Source of the DNA: Acutalibacteraceae bacterium
GTDB lineage: Bacteria; Bacillota; Clostridia; Oscillospirales; Acutalibacteraceae
Length of the DNA stretch: 64,000 nt
Reading direction: 5' to 3'
NCBI GenBank assembly: GCA_045634645.1
Contig: JAZRAQ010000006.1
Span: 10,365 to 74,364, forward strand
Position numbers and translations under genes: made by a program. The notes beneath the pieces are model-generated. The model saw only the letters and a list, made by a program, of their open reading frames with translations. It was not told the DNA's origin and did no database searches. Positions 18,794 through 27,298 of this stretch are shown in pieces; position 1 is the first letter of the stretch; each line of letters begins with the position of its first letter.

Positions 18794-18833
18794 CGTTTTC
18801 ACCTGTTCTTTCGTATAATAAAGGGTGTCAACC

Positions 18834-18859
18834 GAGGGGGAGTTTTATTCTTCCCCCTC
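18834..18859 (-). promoter_or_regulatory. GC-rich intra-operon RNA hairpin between the shell hexamer genes and pduN
   Basis: GAGGGGGA (18834-18841) pairs with TCCCCCTC (18852-18859) across a 10-nt loop. There is no following U-run on the transcribed strand. Confidence 0.5.
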
Positions 18860-18889
18860 AATAGTTAACAAAACAGATACCTACTCAAA

Positions 18890-19168
18890 TTATTTAAGTG
18901 TGGGTAGGATTTTTTCCACATCGTCATGAGGACGGGGAATTACGTGTGTAGCAACTAACTCGCCTAAACGAGAAGCTGAAGTAGAACCTGCTTCAACTGC
19001 AGATTTAACTGCTCCAACATCGCCACGTACCATAACAGATACAAGACCAGAACCGATTTTTTCGGTACCGATAAGTTGTACATTTGCAGCTTTAACCATT
19101 GCATCAGCAGCTTCTATAGCAGCTACTAAACCTCTGGTTTCTACCATACCTAATGCTTCAAGTGCCAT
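18890..19168 (-). CDS. pduA: BMC-H shell protein (PduA/PduJ-like)
   Basis: 92 aa. [30 protein letters not shown]...[20 protein letters not shown] aligns residue-for-residue with PduA. RBS GGAGGA. Confidence 0.92.
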   Translation of the reverse strand: MALEALGMVETRGLVAAIEAADAMVKAANVQLIGTEKIGSGLVSVMVRGDVGAVKSAVEAGSTSASRLGELVATHVIPRPHDDVEKILPTLK

Positions 19169-19197
19169 TTTTTTATCCTCCTAAATTAATTTGCAAA

Positions 19198-19566
19198 TTA
19201 TTTCAAGGTGGGGAGAATATTCTCCACATCACCGTGAGGGCGGGGAATTACATGAGTTGCAACTAACTCACCCAAGCGGGAAGCAGATGTGCTACCTGCC
19301 TCAACAGCAGATTTAACTGCTCCAACATCGCCACGAACCATAACGGTTACACGACCGGAACCGATTTTTTCGGTGCCAACGAGTTGAACATTTGCAGCCT
19401 TAACCATTGCATCAGCAGCTTCAATTGCAGCTACTAAACCTCTGGTTTCTACCATACCTAATGCTTCAAGTGCCATTTTCTTTACCTCCTTTTTGGGTGC
19501 TTTAACCTCGGTTTTTTCAACCGGTGTTTCTACTTTTTTTGCGGTGGTTGTTTTGTTCTCAGCCAT
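19198..19566 (-). CDS. BMC-H shell protein, near-identical paralogue, with an optional 30-aa Lys/Thr/Glu-rich N-terminal extension
   Basis: The core differs from 18890-19168 at 5 residues (I33V, L42R, S44T, D82G, K86N). An internal ATG at 19476 is preceded by AAGGAGGT at 7-nt spacing. Confidence 0.85.
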   Translation of the reverse strand: MAENKTTTAKKVETPVEKTEVKAPKKEVKKMALEALGMVETRGLVAAIEAADAMVKAANVQLVGTEKIGSGRVTVMVRGDVGAVKSAVEAGSTSASRLGELVATHVIPRPHGDVENILPTLK

Positions 19567-19571
19567 GAGAT

Positions 19572-19865
19572 TTACCTACCTTTCTTAGCAATTCGAGCAG
19601 CGCTTATTTGAAGTAAACGCCAGGTTTCTTCGTGGGGACTTGCAATTACAGCACTTGCAACCGGCTTTTTAAGACCGTTTGCAACGGCATTTTCAACTGC
19701 GGCGCTTACCGCAGAAACATCGCCTTGTACAATCACTGTTACAAGTCTTCCACCTAACTTACGTTCCCAAGTAACAAATTCAACATCTGCTGATTTGCAC
19801 ATAATGTCTAAACAATCTATCGCAGCAGTTACGCCCGATACTTCAATCATTCCTAATGATTTCAT
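19572..19865 (-). CDS. Divergent BMC-H shell protein with a basic C-terminal tail
   Basis: BMC fold pattern [28 protein letters not shown]...[10 protein letters not shown]. The pore loop is RKLGGRL instead of EKIGSGL. Confidence 0.8.
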   Translation of the reverse strand: MKSLGMIEVSGVTAAIDCLDIMCKSADVEFVTWERKLGGRLVTVIVQGDVSAVSAAVENAVANGLKKPVASAVIASPHEETWRLLQISAARIAKKGR

Positions 19866-19880
19866 TTTAATCTCTCCTAA

Positions 19881-20156
19881 TTAGAACTTGGGGAGAATTT
19901 TTTCAACATCCTCATGAGGACGGGGGATTACGTGTGTAGCTACCAATTCGCCTAAAGCAGATGCAGTAACGCTGCCAGCTTCAACAGCAGCCTTTACAGC
20001 GCCAACATCACCGCGTACCATAACAGATACAAGGCCTGAACCGATTTTTTCAGTACCGATTAACACTACTTCCGCAGCCTTAACCATAGAGTCTGCTGCT
20101 TCGATTGCTGCGGTAAGACCGCGGGTTTCTATCATACCAAGTGCTTGCTTTACCAT
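19881..20156 (-). CDS. BMC-H shell protein (PduA/PduJ-like)
   Basis: 91 aa. [30 protein letters not shown]...[20 protein letters not shown]. Confidence 0.92.
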   Translation of the reverse strand: MVKQALGMIETRGLTAAIEAADSMVKAAEVVLIGTEKIGSGLVSVMVRGDVGAVKAAVEAGSVTASALGELVATHVIPRPHEDVEKILPKF

Positions 20157-20182
20157 TTTGAGTTTCCTCCGATTATTATAAT

Positions 20183-20497
20183 TTAATTTTTATCAAATGC
20201 GTTTAATTTTAGCATCGGCTCTGTGTCCGATTCGGTGCGAGTAATAATGTGTGAGGTCACAACGCCTGAAACCTTTTCGGCTGCTGCTTTTGCAGCTTCA
20301 ACAGCGGCTTCAACATCGGTAACATTGCCACGGAATTTTACCGCAACAATTAGCGGAACTTCCATTGATTCTGCATTGCCGGGCTTGTTCTTGTCAAAAT
20401 GCTCTACCGTAACATTCGCCGCCTTGCATCCGGCGTCACACGCTACAAAAGCAGTTACAAGACCGTAAACCTCAACTATTCCGGTTGCATTTCCCAT
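20183..20497 (-). CDS. BMC-domain shell protein, divergent single-domain type with an insertion
   Basis: 104 aa. [24 protein letters not shown] ... [17 protein letters not shown] follows the BMC-domain pattern, with an extra [13 protein letters not shown] segment in place of the usual pore loop. Confidence 0.75.
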   Translation of the reverse strand: MGNATGIVEVYGLVTAFVACDAGCKAANVTVEHFDKNKPGNAESMEVPLIVAVKFRGNVTDVEAAVEAAKAAAEKVSGVVTSHIITRTESDTEPMLKLNAFDKN

Positions 20498-20514
20498 TTT
20501 AAAATACCCCCGAA

Positions 20515-21714
20515 TTATTTATTAACAATCGCAATCTTCAAACCTTCCATCTTAAGATTGGTTTGTAGTGCCTCGTTGATTTGTTCTAACGGATATTTGT
20601 GAGTAATAAGTTTTTGCATCGGAAGTCCGATTGCTTTAGCACGCTTAAGGAAATCAAATGTTGTTGCATAATCGCGAAGAGTGTATACCCAAGAACCAAC
20701 TGTTGTAATTTCTTTAGCGCAAATATCAAAGTGGGGGTTAATCGTAGCATCGCCACCGTTGATGAAGAAACCTAATTCACAAAGTCCGCCACCGTTACGG
20801 ATGAACTTATAGATATTGCTGTGTGCTACAGGAGAACCTGTGCATTGGAAAGCAAAATCTGCTTCGTATCCGCCGAAAGCATCCTTAACCGCGCCGCTCA
20901 ATGCCTCAATACCCTTATGGTCTTTGAAGTTTACGGTATGGTCTGCGCCCATTTCGCGAGCGAAGGAAAGCCTCTTTTCTTCACCGTCAACCGCAACAAT
21001 GTTTTCAATACCCATTGTGCGTAAAATTGCAATACAGATAAGACCGATAGGTCCGCAACCTTGTACTACAACACGGCTGTTAAAACGAAGAATACCTGTT
21101 GTTTTTGCACGCTCTACTGCGTGAATTAAAACTGCGCATGGCTCAATTAAGATTCTTGAATCTAAATCAAGGTCGCTTACATTAAATACTGTTGAACCGC
21201 CACGAACTAATATGTAATCACTGAACCAACCGTTTAGGTGGATGTCGTCATCAGGAAGAAGACCGTAAACATCAGCACCGCCAACATTTTGTTTGTTAAG
21301 GTCGTACATAGTGATGTCCGGATTGTCCTTAAATATCATACAGGTTACAACCTTATCGCCAATCTTCAAAGGCTTACCTGCGCTGTCCTTCTTAACATTT
21401 TTACCCATCTTAACAATCTCGCCTGTGCCCTCATGACCGAGCGCTACAGGGATAAGGCCGAACGGGTCACGCTTGAACTCGTGCGCGTCAGTACCGCAAA
21501 CACCGCAACCTTCAACCTTTACGAGAATGTCATCATCGCCAACTGCCGGCATTGGATATTCTTTAATTTCGAACTTTTCAAGACCGGTTAGCATTGCAAC
21601 ATGGGCAGTTGAAGGAACATTGCCGGAAGGTGCTGATGAAGTAGAAGACGTTCCCTTCATATCAGACAAAACCTGACGGACAATAGCTTCAATATTAGAA
21701 GAATTAATATCCAT
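20515..21714 (-). CDS. Zinc-dependent medium-chain alcohol dehydrogenase with an N-terminal encapsulation-peptide-like extension
   Basis: MDR motifs CGVCGTDAHE, GHEGTGEIV and GCGPIGL. About 45 extra N-terminal residues: helix IEAIVRQVLSDM then an S/T/P-rich linker. Confidence 0.85.
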   Translation of the reverse strand: MDINSSNIEAIVRQVLSDMKGTSSTSSAPSGNVPSTAHVAMLTGLEKFEIKEYPMPAVGDDDILVKVEGCGVCGTDAHEFKRDPFGLIPVALGHEGTGEIVKMGKNVKKDSAGKPLKIGDKVVTCMIFKDNPDITMYDLNKQNVGGADVYGLLPDDDIHLNGWFSDYILVRGGSTVFNVSDLDLDSRILIEPCAVLIHAVERAKTTGILRFNSRVVVQGCGPIGLICIAILRTMGIENIVAVDGEEKRLSFAREMGADHTVNFKDHKGIEALSGAVKDAFGGYEADFAFQCTGSPVAHSNIYKFIRNGGGLCELGFFINGGDATINPHFDICAKEITTVGSWVYTLRDYATTFDFLKRAKAIGLPMQKLITHKYPLEQINEALQTNLKMEGLKIAIVNK

Positions 21715-21716
21715 AA

Positions 21717-22193
21717 CTAATTTCTGCCTTTCTCAAATAATTGTTTTCCGTATTCTGCCAAAGCAGTGTCCTGTTCTTCTGTTCCGCCGCTTACTCCTAA
21801 TCCGCCGATTATATCACCCTTGCTGTTACACAAAGGCTCACCACCGCCGAAAATCACAATTTTACCGCCATTGGTAAACTGTATTCCGTAAAGTGAACCG
21901 CCGGGTTGGCTTAACGGTTTTAACTGAGAAGTAGACATTTTAAGGGATACTACCGTAAAGGCTTTGTTAACCGCTACATCGTAGCTTGCAATATATGAAT
22001 CATCCATACACTCTACCAAAACGGGATTTCCCGCATTGTTAGATATTGCAACTACAGCATTAACACCCATTTGGGCAGCCTTTTCGCGTATCTGTTCACT
22101 CAAAGCGCGTGCTTGTGATAAAGAAATATTACCCTTTACACCCATTTCATGAACAATAGTATCCACTATTTTCTGTAAAGCATGTGTATCCAT
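21717..22193 (-). CDS. GlcG/DUF336 (PduO C-terminal-domain-like, haem-binding family) protein
   Basis: 158 aa. GVNAVVAISNNAGNPV ... GGLGVSGGTEEQD is typical of DUF336. N-terminal helix ALQKIVDTIVHEM. Confidence 0.75.
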   Translation of the reverse strand: MDTHALQKIVDTIVHEMGVKGNISLSQARALSEQIREKAAQMGVNAVVAISNNAGNPVLVECMDDSYIASYDVAVNKAFTVVSLKMSTSQLKPLSQPGGSLYGIQFTNGGKIVIFGGGEPLCNSKGDIIGGLGVSGGTEEQDTALAEYGKQLFEKGRN

Positions 22194-22204
22194 GCTAACA
22201 CCTC

Positions 22205-22996
22205 TTACTTACCGAGAGATTCAAGCACCTTGCGGGTAATTTCAGCAACCATATCTGCATCCTTACCGTGTGAGCAGTTGCCACCGCAACCGTGACAGCT
22301 TGGTTTGCCATCCTTAGCGTTGGGGCAGAGGTTTGCAGGATGCTTACCTGTCATACCAAACTGACGGCGGATTTCATATAAGCGCTGTACTTGAGATTCA
22401 GAAAGTTCCTTAGGACCGCCGAGTTGGTTAGAAATATAAAGAAGATTTGCATAGAATTCAAGCGATTCCATTTTGTGATAAGCATTTAAAAGGCTGTCAG
22501 AGTAAGAAAGTGCACCGTGATTTTCCAAGAGTACAGCATCAAAATACTGGAGATGTTCAGAAACTGCATCTGGAATTTCTTCTGTAGAAGGTGTGCCGTA
22601 TTTAGCAATCGGAACGCAACCGAGAGCAATTACAGCTTCAGGCATAATAGGTTGAGTTAGCGGAATACCTGCAATTGCAAAGCCTGTTGCATACATTGGG
22701 TGAGCGTGAACTACTGCCTTAACGTCAGGACGCTCTTTGTATACACGCATGTGCATTTTAATTTCTGATGAGGGTTTGAAACCGGGGTTGGCTTGAATAA
22801 CCTTACCGTCACGGTCAACCTTACAAATGTATTCAGGAGTCATAAAGCCCTTACTTACACCTGTAGGTGTGCAAAGAAATTCGTTTTCGCCAATTTTTAC
22901 GGAAATGTTACCGTCATTAGCTGCAACCATTCCTCTGTCATAGATGCGTTTACCGATTTCGCAAATCTGTTTTTTAATTTCAAATTCATTTACCAT
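22205..22996 (-). CDS. fucA: Class II aldolase (L-fuculose-1-phosphate / L-rhamnulose-1-phosphate aldolase-like) with a C-terminal extension
   Basis: NDGNISV, the metal-His context VVHAHPMYATGFA, and LLENHGALS. A C-terminal 42-aa extension carries a Cys/His-rich segment plus the amphipathic helix DMVAEITRKVLESL. Confidence 0.85.
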   Translation of the reverse strand: MVNEFEIKKQICEIGKRIYDRGMVAANDGNISVKIGENEFLCTPTGVSKGFMTPEYICKVDRDGKVIQANPGFKPSSEIKMHMRVYKERPDVKAVVHAHPMYATGFAIAGIPLTQPIMPEAVIALGCVPIAKYGTPSTEEIPDAVSEHLQYFDAVLLENHGALSYSDSLLNAYHKMESLEFYANLLYISNQLGGPKELSESQVQRLYEIRRQFGMTGKHPANLCPNAKDGKPSCHGCGGNCSHGKDADMVAEITRKVLESLGK

Positions 22997-23045
22997 TTTG
23001 GGTTTCTCCTTTGAATTTATTTGTTTTTTATTTTACTATGGATAA

Positions 23046-23074
23046 ATATTACCATAATTAATAACTAAAGTCAA
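23046..23074 (-). promoter_or_regulatory. Internal sigma-A-type promoter upstream of the aldolase gene
   Basis: Minus strand TTGACT (23074-23069), 17-nt spacer, TAATAT (23051-23046), inside the only long intergenic gap (114 nt) in the upstream half of the locus. Confidence 0.5.
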
Positions 23075-23110
23075 TAGAAAAATCTGTTTTTTTCTGTTTT
23101 TTTGTGTTTT

Positions 23111-23560
23111 TTATTTGGTTTTGTGTGGTTTTAGGTGTTCGATTATGTCCGAAACGCCCTCGCCGCTCTTTGAATTTACAAAAAATACCTTTTTGCAACC
23201 CGAAAGTTTTAACCACTGTTCTGCTCTTGCGGGGTCCGCTTTGTCGATTTTGGTTACCACTCCCACAACCTCACGGTTCACAAGGCAGGTAATACAGGGC
23301 GGAAAAAGTGAATAATCGTCATCTGCTGCAATCAAAAGCGCTACCACATCCGCCTCGTAAGAGTAGAGCGCCAACGCCGCGCCTAAATCGTGATTTTCGG
23401 CGTATTCACCGGGCGAATCAATTAAGAAATCGTTAAAAACCATACCTTGTGTTTTTTGGTAGTGAAGTTTTTCACCCCGAAGCGCTTGGGTTAAGGAAGT
23501 TTTTCCGCAACCGCTGCGACCTATCAAAAGCAGTTTTTTTAAGTCCTGGTTATTTCGCAT
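23111..23560 (-). CDS. pduV: EutP/PduV family small GTPase
   Basis: P-loop [16 protein letters not shown], and a TKID NKxD-like motif. 149 aa. Confidence 0.85.
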   Translation of the reverse strand: MRNNQDLKKLLLIGRSGCGKTSLTQALRGEKLHYQKTQGMVFNDFLIDSPGEYAENHDLGAALALYSYEADVVALLIAADDDYSLFPPCITCLVNREVVGVVTKIDKADPARAEQWLKLSGCKKVFFVNSKSGEGVSDIIEHLKPHKTK

Positions 23561-23913
23561 ACGGCAAAACCTAACTTATTTATTGCATATTCGGTTACTG
23601 CGGTCAGCGCCGCCTCAACCTGAGAAACTGTACCGGTTACAATTACTGTACCGCTAAAGCGGTCAACAAACCCTAATTCTACACCCGAAGCCTTCATAGC
23701 AATATCGCCTGCGATGATTGCCGTTTCGCTTGGTGAAAGGGTTAGTATTCCGATTGCGCCGGAATGTTCTTCGGAAGGGTCTAATCCCAACTTGTAATAA
23801 AGCACTTTATCAGGATTAGCGATTATGTGCGCCAAGGTAATTTGCTTACCCGGAACTATCTCCTGAATTATACGCGCCTTATTATCAGACGAGAGATAAT
23901 CTTCTAAATTCAT
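23539..23913 (-). CDS. pduU: Circularly permuted BMC shell protein (PduU/EutS type)
   Basis: 124 aa. [20 protein letters not shown] ... [33 protein letters not shown] matches the PduU/EutS pattern. Confidence 0.85.
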   Translation of the reverse strand: MNLEDYLSSDNKARIIQEIVPGKQITLAHIIANPDKVLYYKLGLDPSEEHSGAIGILTLSPSETAIIAGDIAMKASGVELGFVDRFSGTVIVTGTVSQVEAALTAVTEYAINKLGFAVCEITRT

Positions 23914-23917
23914 TTTA

Positions 23918-24709
23918 TCAACCTCCCAAATGTGTAGTTAGTCCGTATGCCTTGCAAACACCGATTAGTTCTTGCATTTTTTCGTTCGTAGGCGAGGGTA
24001 TATCCCCCATTAAGTATTCTCGGGAAAGTCCGTCATACTTATCCTTACCCATACGGTGATAAGGCAACAGATGAATTTCGTTTACATTAGGTAAACGGGA
24101 AGTAAACTGGGCAATCAGTCCAACTTCTTCGGTTGTATCATTAAAGGTCGGTATTACCGGAACTCTAATAATTAAGCGTTTAGCCTTTTCGGCAATCAAA
24201 CGGGCATTTTTTAATATCAGCGCGTTCGGTCGGGTGGTAAATTCCTCATGCTTTTTAGTGTCGATATGTTTTATATCCATCAAAAAAGTATCAACATAAG
24301 GAATAAAGCGTTCTATCGTTTGCCACTCGGCAAAACCGGTAGTTTCGATTGCAGTGTTAATACCGTTTTCTTTAGCCGCTTTTAATAAAGCGACTGCAAA
24401 ATCGGGTTGCACCAAACATTCACCGCCCGAGAGGGTTAAACCGCCGCCGCTTCTGCGGTAGTAAGGACGGTCACGCATTACCTCTTCAAGTACTTCCCCC
24501 ACCGTGACATCGCGGCCTATGGTTTTCATTTTGCCTTTTTGAAGCATCTGCTGAATTTCATAGGACTGCGATTCGGGGTTGCAACACCAACGGCACCTTA
24601 AGGGGCACCCCTTTAAGAACACTATTGTTCGCACACCCGGTCCATCGTGGGTTGAGAAACGCTGAATATCAAATATTCTGCCCTTCACATTATATATATC
24701 ATTTGTCAT
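23918..24709 (-). CDS. Glycyl-radical enzyme activating enzyme (radical SAM)
   Basis: [13 protein letters not shown] (CX3CX2C) and the [13 protein letters not shown] motif. The start directly abuts the GRE stop codon. Confidence 0.92.
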   Translation of the reverse strand: MTNDIYNVKGRIFDIQRFSTHDGPGVRTIVFLKGCPLRCRWCCNPESQSYEIQQMLQKGKMKTIGRDVTVGEVLEEVMRDRPYYRRSGGGLTLSGGECLVQPDFAVALLKAAKENGINTAIETTGFAEWQTIERFIPYVDTFLMDIKHIDTKKHEEFTTRPNALILKNARLIAEKAKRLIIRVPVIPTFNDTTEEVGLIAQFTSRLPNVNEIHLLPYHRMGKDKYDGLSREYLMGDIPSPTNEKMQELIGVCKAYGLTTHLGG

Positions 24710-27238
24710 TTAGAAATCTCCCTGCTCGGTACGGTTAATAATATCATCCTGAAGCGAGCGTGAAAGTGTTGTGAAAAGTGCGCTATAGCCTGCAACACGA
24801 ACAACCAATGATTTATATTTTTCAGGGTTCTTTTGGGCATCGCGCAAGGTTTCTCTGCTGACAACATTAAACTGCATATGGCTTCCCTTTTGGTCAAAGT
24901 AGCCTCTAACCAAAGCTACAAAGCTTTCAAGACCGCTTTCCCCCGCCAAGGCTGTCGGATGGAACTTCATATTAAACAAGGTTCCGTTTGACGCAATATA
25001 ATGGTCTAATCTTGAAACAGAGTTTGCCGCAGCGGTCGGTCCCTTAACATCTCTGCCTGCCGCAGGTGAAACACCGTCTGCCACAGGGGTATTTGCCAAA
25101 CGACCGTCAGGCGTAGCGCCTGTTTGCGCACCAAGCGGTACATTTGCCGATACAGGATAAAGTCCCGCTTGATACTGACCGCCTCTTGGATTTTTATAAT
25201 TAAGCATCGGTCTTGTGTATGTATAGGCAACGTCTCTTGCAAAAGCGTCAACCTCATCATTATCATTACCGAACTTTTCAAGTGCCTCTATCTTTTCAAG
25301 CAAATCCGAATACTTTTGCTTTTGCTCGTCATTGCAGTTATTTTTAACCACTGTTTCGTAAATAGTCTGCACGTCTTCGCGAGAGAGCATTTTGCCGTCT
25401 TCAACAAGTTTTTTAGCTACGTCTGCAGTAATCTTTTCGGCAATCTTTGAATCCATATCCTTGCCGTAGTTATTGTCAAGCGCTTCTTTATAGTCGGCCA
25501 TTGTAACACTTTTTTCTTCAAAAACAAGTTTTTTAATTGCATATAAAGCGTCCGCCATATTTGCAATACCAAAACCTTGAGGACCTGTGAAGTTATAAAT
25601 AGCGCCGCCCTCTTGAAGACTTTTTCCTCTGCCGATACAATCCTCAACCATACAGGATTGGAAAGGAAGCGGACAACGCTCCGCATGAGCCAAGTCAATT
25701 GCGTTATCTGCATTAACAAGCAGTTCTATAAAGTATGTCATCTGCTTTTTATAAGCGTCATAAAATTCTTCAAAGGTGGTCATTTTAGTAACATCGCCTG
25801 TCTGAAGACCTAACTGAACGCCCTTGTCAACACCGTTTGAGAAAACTAACTCAAGGGGTCTGCACATATTAAAGAATGCCGCATCGTGCCAACCGTCAGT
25901 CTTGGCTGATTTTTGAGGTTCAACACAACCGATTATATTATAGTCACGCGCATCCTCTAAAGTTAAGCCTCTGCTTTGAAGTGACGGAATAATAACCTCG
26001 TCATTATAGTAAGCAGGAAGTCCCACGCCCGTTCTTGTAACCTCTGCCGCGCGAAGCATAAATTCGTGAGGTGTTCCATTCCAAACGCGAACAGAAAATG
26101 AAGGTTGAGGTAAGTTCACGTGTAAGGTAGCGTTCATACACATATATGAAATATCGTTTGTAGCATCCTTACCGTTAGAATCCTGACCGCCTACAATAAG
26201 GTTTTGGAAAAGGCTGTAACCCGCAAAGCCTTCTGCAGAAGCCGCATCACGAACTTTATTAAGGTCGTTTAGTTTAACCCAGATACAGTCAATCAATTCC
26301 TGAGCAAATTCACGGGTAATCGTACCTTTTTGCAAATCTGCTTCATAATACGGATTCATATATTGGTCAAATCTACCGGGAGAAATTGAATGTCCGCTGG
26401 ATTCTGTTTGTAAAAGCATTTGCACAAACCAGAAAGACTGACAAGCTTCATAAAAAGTGGTTGCGCCCTCGGCAGGTACTCGTTCACAGTTTTTGGCAAT
26501 CTGTAAAAGCTCCGCCTTGCGAGTCTCATCTGCACAATTTTGAGCCTCTTCTTTTGCTAAAGTAGCATATCTTTTAGCATAATCACAAACCGCATTACAA
26601 CTAATGATTACTGCTTGCAAGAAATTATATCTCTTTGCATAATCCTCATCAGCTACGCTAAGCTTTGCAATAGCTTCTTCAGTTTCTTTTATAATTCCCT
26701 TGTAGCCTATTTTTAAAACTTTGCCGTAATCAACGGTCAAATGGCCGATACCGTTATAAAAATAGTTGCCGGGAGTGAAAATATTATGGTCAATAGCAGC
26801 CAAAGCCTCAGGAGACATATAAGCGGTTGCCAATTCGCTTGTTGTTTTACCTGCCCAATAAGGATAAACTTTTTTAAGGATTTCCTTTGTCTGTTCGGAT
26901 ATGTAAAACGGGTCGGCGCTTCTGGTTGCCACAGTGTCAAACTCATCCTGTAGCCAGGTGTATGAATATTCGGGGAATACCTGACATCCGCGAGGAGCCT
27001 TTGTGTTGCTGCCGACAATCAATTCCAACGGACGAATCGTAATAGGAAGTTTTTCTAATATATGTGCAAAAGCCTTTGCTCTTCGCAAAATTATAGGCAA
27101 ATTTTCGGTTTGCTTATAGCTTTCGGTTAAAAGCACGGCGCGGTCAGCCTCAATTTCGGGCATTTTAGCAAACAAATGCTCAATCAACTGAGGAATACGA
27201 GCTGATTTTTCAATTTTTTCAGTATACACTGTCTTCAT
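24710..27238 (-). CDS. Glycyl radical enzyme, B12-independent diol (1,2-propanediol) dehydratase type
   Basis: 842 aa. Glycyl radical motif VVRVAGYSALF near the C-terminus. Thiyl loop IIGCVEPQKSAKTDGWHDAAFFN resembles glycerol/propanediol dehydratases rather than CutC, judged from memory of those motifs. Confidence 0.85.
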   Translation of the reverse strand: MKTVYTEKIEKSARIPQLIEHLFAKMPEIEADRAVLLTESYKQTENLPIILRRAKAFAHILEKLPITIRPLELIVGSNTKAPRGCQVFPEYSYTWLQDEFDTVATRSADPFYISEQTKEILKKVYPYWAGKTTSELATAYMSPEALAAIDHNIFTPGNYFYNGIGHLTVDYGKVLKIGYKGIIKETEEAIAKLSVADEDYAKRYNFLQAVIISCNAVCDYAKRYATLAKEEAQNCADETRKAELLQIAKNCERVPAEGATTFYEACQSFWFVQMLLQTESSGHSISPGRFDQYMNPYYEADLQKGTITREFAQELIDCIWVKLNDLNKVRDAASAEGFAGYSLFQNLIVGGQDSNGKDATNDISYMCMNATLHVNLPQPSFSVRVWNGTPHEFMLRAAEVTRTGVGLPAYYNDEVIIPSLQSRGLTLEDARDYNIIGCVEPQKSAKTDGWHDAAFFNMCRPLELVFSNGVDKGVQLGLQTGDVTKMTTFEEFYDAYKKQMTYFIELLVNADNAIDLAHAERCPLPFQSCMVEDCIGRGKSLQEGGAIYNFTGPQGFGIANMADALYAIKKLVFEEKSVTMADYKEALDNNYGKDMDSKIAEKITADVAKKLVEDGKMLSREDVQTIYETVVKNNCNDEQKQKYSDLLEKIEALEKFGNDNDEVDAFARDVAYTYTRPMLNYKNPRGGQYQAGLYPVSANVPLGAQTGATPDGRLANTPVADGVSPAAGRDVKGPTAAANSVSRLDHYIASNGTLFNMKFHPTALAGESGLESFVALVRGYFDQKGSHMQFNVVSRETLRDAQKNPEKYKSLVVRVAGYSALFTTLSRSLQDDIINRTEQGDF

Positions 27239-27298
27239 ATATAATATACCTCCGTTAAAATCTCGCTAAAGGACACTACTTCACACTAATTTACTAAC

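Noticed and set aside
24706-24897. 63-aa minus-strand ORF
   Set aside because: It is out of frame inside the GRE C-terminal coding region that carries the glycyl radical motif.
24710-27238. Choline trimethylamine-lyase (CutC) or pyruvate formate-lyase identity for the GRE
   Set aside because: The thiyl-loop context GCVEPQKSAKTDGWHD resembles diol dehydratases, while CutC as I recall has a WTSTGY-like segment there. No cutD-type context or choline genes are present. The co-encoded aldolase points to propanediol. A phylogeny is still needed.
12534-27238. Classical B12-dependent Pdu or Eut locus
   Set aside because: There are no pduCDE/pduGH or eutBC genes and no adenosyltransferase. The signature enzyme is a GRE with its activase.
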